NCBI GenBank assembly: GCA_000442015.1
Contig: KE560617.1
Location: forward strand, 1 to 40,081
Direction: 5' to 3'
Origin: Rozella allomycis CSF55
Lineage: Eukaryota
Length of the DNA stretch: 40,081 nucleotides
This document shows, in pieces, positions 37,201 to 40,081 of this stretch (position 1 is its first letter; each line of letters begins with the position of its first letter). The position numbers were made by a program, and so were the translations under genes. The notes under the pieces are model-generated. The model worked only from the letters and a program-made list of their open reading frames with translations, did no database searches and was not told the DNA's origin.

Positions 37201-38406
37201 CATGCGTCTGTTTCACTAATTCAACATAATTTACTTTATTCCAACATTATTTGATTTTGTGTTCCAAAACAGAATGTCTGATCCTTCCTTGGAAGGAACT
37301 GTGTAGATTAAATTTGAATCACAATAGCAAACAGAATTATGTGTAATCACCCTGCCAAAGTAAATGGTACTCTCAATAGCAAAAACAATATTCTGGGATG
37401 AATAATCCCATGAAAAGTTTATTGGCTCCCCAGGAAGCTTCAGTTTTCTAACAACTTTTCCATTTTTATGATAAAAACAACAATAAAAACTTCCCTCTGA
37501 TTCACCACAAACGGCTAACAAATCTTCCTTTGTTGACCAATGTGCAATCGCATTATTCAATTGCGTATTGATAATCACGGCTACCTTCAAATCTCTACTG
37601 CAATTTACGTTTTGCGTTTGAGCATTCAAATAAATAAATTTCTCCAGTATCACATCCAATAGTCAATCCTTTTCCTTGTCCAATGGGCCTTTGATTCCTC
37701 CACATCAACATTACCATTCAACACAAGTAACCACTTTTTCCGATGGAATCGATGCACTCGACAACACATTTCCATCAACATCGCAAAATAAAATACTGTT
37801 ATGCGAGGTCACAAACACAAGCTGATTATTCTTTGGCGACCACGCGATCCATCTCGGTAGATGACCCTTCAATTCTCTATTCCACAATCTTGCTCCATCA
37901 ACAGCTCCACACAACAAGTTCCCTTTTAAACATTCCTGCATCGCATACCATCTTCATACGCTATACATATCTTTCTCCCATCAGGCGACCAGCAACACGC
38001 AACCACTCGATTCTTCCCCTTGCTCGAATTAGTCATCTCCTCCGTCCACGCCCCATCCTTCAGCTGCCACACAATAACCTTGCCAGTCTCATCAGCAGTT
38101 GCAAGTCTCGCATACTCATTATTCCAAATCGCATGCGTAACAGGCGCTCTCTCATCATCTCCGAATCTTTACCATAATGACCCTCCAAAATCTGATCAAG
38201 CTTTTTTATCTTGCCGGATACATCGTTTGATCTCACCTCTTCGTCTAACTTGTACACCTTGACATTGTTGCTTTTGCTGCTGCCTCCAACCACTAGATAT
38301 CCATCCTTGTTGCACCAGCTGACAGCTTTCAGTGGTGATTCTATTCCAGTGGTAATCTATCCGATCATGGAATGACGATTACTTTTTTTGATATGAATGC
38401 AAACAT
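34244..38406 (-). CDS. WDR35: IFT-A subunit WDR35/IFT121; multi-exon, with three gap-flanking duplications
   Basis: MFAFISKK|IT...VSWCNKDGYLVVGG, LEGH, GAVDGARLWNREL, ERRDCWGIVWSD..FALAEKNK, PEEP, PHKDLW, EAEK...AEEIY..DRLDL, and C-terminal CxxC...CALCH. Confidence 0.92.
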
Positions 38407-39239
38407 TAATGTAATGTGTGGCTTGGCCGCTTGGGTAAGTATCTCTATTTAACGAGTTTTATGGGTTTGGTGTTTAACAATTTGAATCATAAAATGATTG
38501 AAGGTCTAAACAATGTAAAATTGGAATTTGGCAGTAGATGGAAAGCACTTTGTTGCAATGGAGTCGGAGAATCCAATAAATATTTCTTTTCTATAATTTT
38601 GTTTCTAGTGCTTAACGTTTGAACGCTTATAGCCATACATCATTATCTGGTGACAGATATTTAGCTAATGTTGTTGTGCATTAGGAATCATATAGCCGTA
38701 ATCATGAGCCTCATTACGACATCCCCTTCCCCGTGGGCGACCATGGGTCATAACATACAGGCTGCGGTGGGTTGTCGGTGGGTTTCGCATTCTTAGATTC
38801 ACTGCCATCATTATTCTATTAGTACATGAAGGTGAACTCCTCATTCAATGCAAGAAATAAATATATCAAATTCAAGAAAAATCTGGGATGGAATTTGGTA
38901 GAGCGAGTCCAATTCTTAAAAATTTATCATGGTACATTTAACTCATTAAAGATTCGCAAAGTTTAGTGATGTTTCTGCAATGTGTTCAAAATGTCATTAT
39001 GATGGATGAATATTGGCTGGGTGAGTATATTAAGGATGTTTTTGGCATGGAAACGAACGAAATTGATGACGTTGTTAGTCCCAAACTGCAAACGATGAAA
39101 AAAAATGAAGTCCAATTTTTTGAAAGCGCGCTGTACCGCAAATCCACGAGTTAGTTAAACAGAATGAGAAACAACAAACGGAGGATAAAATAGGTTCAAA
39201 CCACCCAGAAGTATTGAATGCATATATGAGGGATCAATA

Positions 39240-39860
39240 ATTTATGACGACCCCGAAAAGATTGTTGTGTGTATTAGAAGTTTCTTTTTGAACCCACAAA
39301 ATGACTAGGATGTAAAACGTAAAGTGAAGAAAGTTCTTGAAAACTTTCCCCCATCTATTCGATATTTGAGGAGATATTTGATGAGAAATTTGTACCCGCC
39401 AGAAAGGGGGCTGCGTAACAAGTGGCGTTGGCAGAAGCCAATATTAAAATTGGATATTATATATACTGCACAGATTCCGTTGAATGAATTTTTGCCTACC
39501 AATTTGTTTAAAGTGCGTAAATGTTACAACGAAATTGCAAAATTGATTGATGGAAAGATTGACAACACCAACGTGGCAGTTATTGGAGGTCCCGGTGTTG
39601 GCAAAAGTACCTTTCTGAGGGATATGTTTATCTGGTTTGATAATACGAAAGTGTTCTAGGCCATTGAGAGTGGACAATGGATATACAACAATGGCAGATC
39701 GTTTACATCTGGAAGAATTGAAAACTATGTATGGCAAAACGATTAAGTTTATCTCTTGATTGATGGAAGTACAAACAATAAATGTTTGAGTAAAATCAAG
39801 ACGGCTGTTATATTTTCGTCACCAGGCTTGAAGCACAAAAGGAAAGAGAAATAAAGACGC
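39240..39860 (+). pseudogene. Decayed Crinkler/RHS-type P-loop NTPase
   Basis: VRKCYNEI...VAVIGGPGVGKSTFL (Walker A). The same frame, read through TAG 39657-39659 and TAA 39744-39746, gives YLLIDG (Walker B) and AVIFSSP. Confidence 0.7.
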
Positions 39861-40081
39861 GCAAATTAAATGATGATAATGATGAACAAGATGTTGATAA
39901 TAATGATCAAGATGATGAGAACGTGATTGGTTATGAACACAGTCAAGAAGCAAGAAGACGAAGAAGAAACAGTTGAAATAGCAAAACATATATTTTGACA
40001 TGTTTAGAAAGCGTTGCGAATTGAAATTAGTGAAAGACAAAAGATTGTTGCTAGAAGGGTTAGACTTCTTTTTAGTCCAAC

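Noticed and set aside
1-38406. DYNC2H1 and WDR35 as a ciliary gene cluster
   Set aside because: They are separated by about 28 kb of unrelated genes; chance is a sufficient explanation.
38628-38770. 5S rRNA-like resemblance
   Set aside because: Only one hairpin is similar; the length and conserved internal motifs do not fit.
32226-39746. Genome-wide TAG/TAA reassignment suggested by in-frame stops
   Set aside because: Conserved genes end normally at TAG (QTRT2, MED7, RAE1) and TAA (fungalysin, RapGAP). Internal stops outside introns were seen only in accessory genes.

Overview
Compact, AT-rich eukaryotic DNA with very short (about 26-30 nt) GT-AG introns and tightly packed genes. Two retrograde intraflagellar-transport genes (dynein-2 heavy chain, WDR35/IFT121) together with fungal-type genes (M36 fungalysin, VMA12) point to a flagellated early-diverging fungus or relative, Rozella/chytrid-like (inference). 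The housekeeping backbone is DYNC2H1, QTRT2, a 7TM receptor, ATG5, MED7, a ketoacyl reductase, a bHLH factor, RAE1, ALG12, a GT25-like enzyme, RapGAP, NOP4, VMA12 and WDR35. Accessory material: (i) a 10.5-17.8 kb repeat-rich island with several fungalysin copies interleaved with Crinkler-type PD-(D/E)XK nuclease genes, a 104-bp inverted repeat and a tandem tRNA-derived element; (ii) an F-box plus 31-aa ankyrin gene with 8 near-identical 93-bp repeats and one in-frame TAG; (iii) a decayed Crinkler/RHS-type P-loop NTPase. The oddest single feature is an intact tRNA with a Val-type body but an ATC (Asp) anticodon. Twenty-one single 'n' bases look like collapsed assembly gaps, so adjacency and copy number across them are uncertain.
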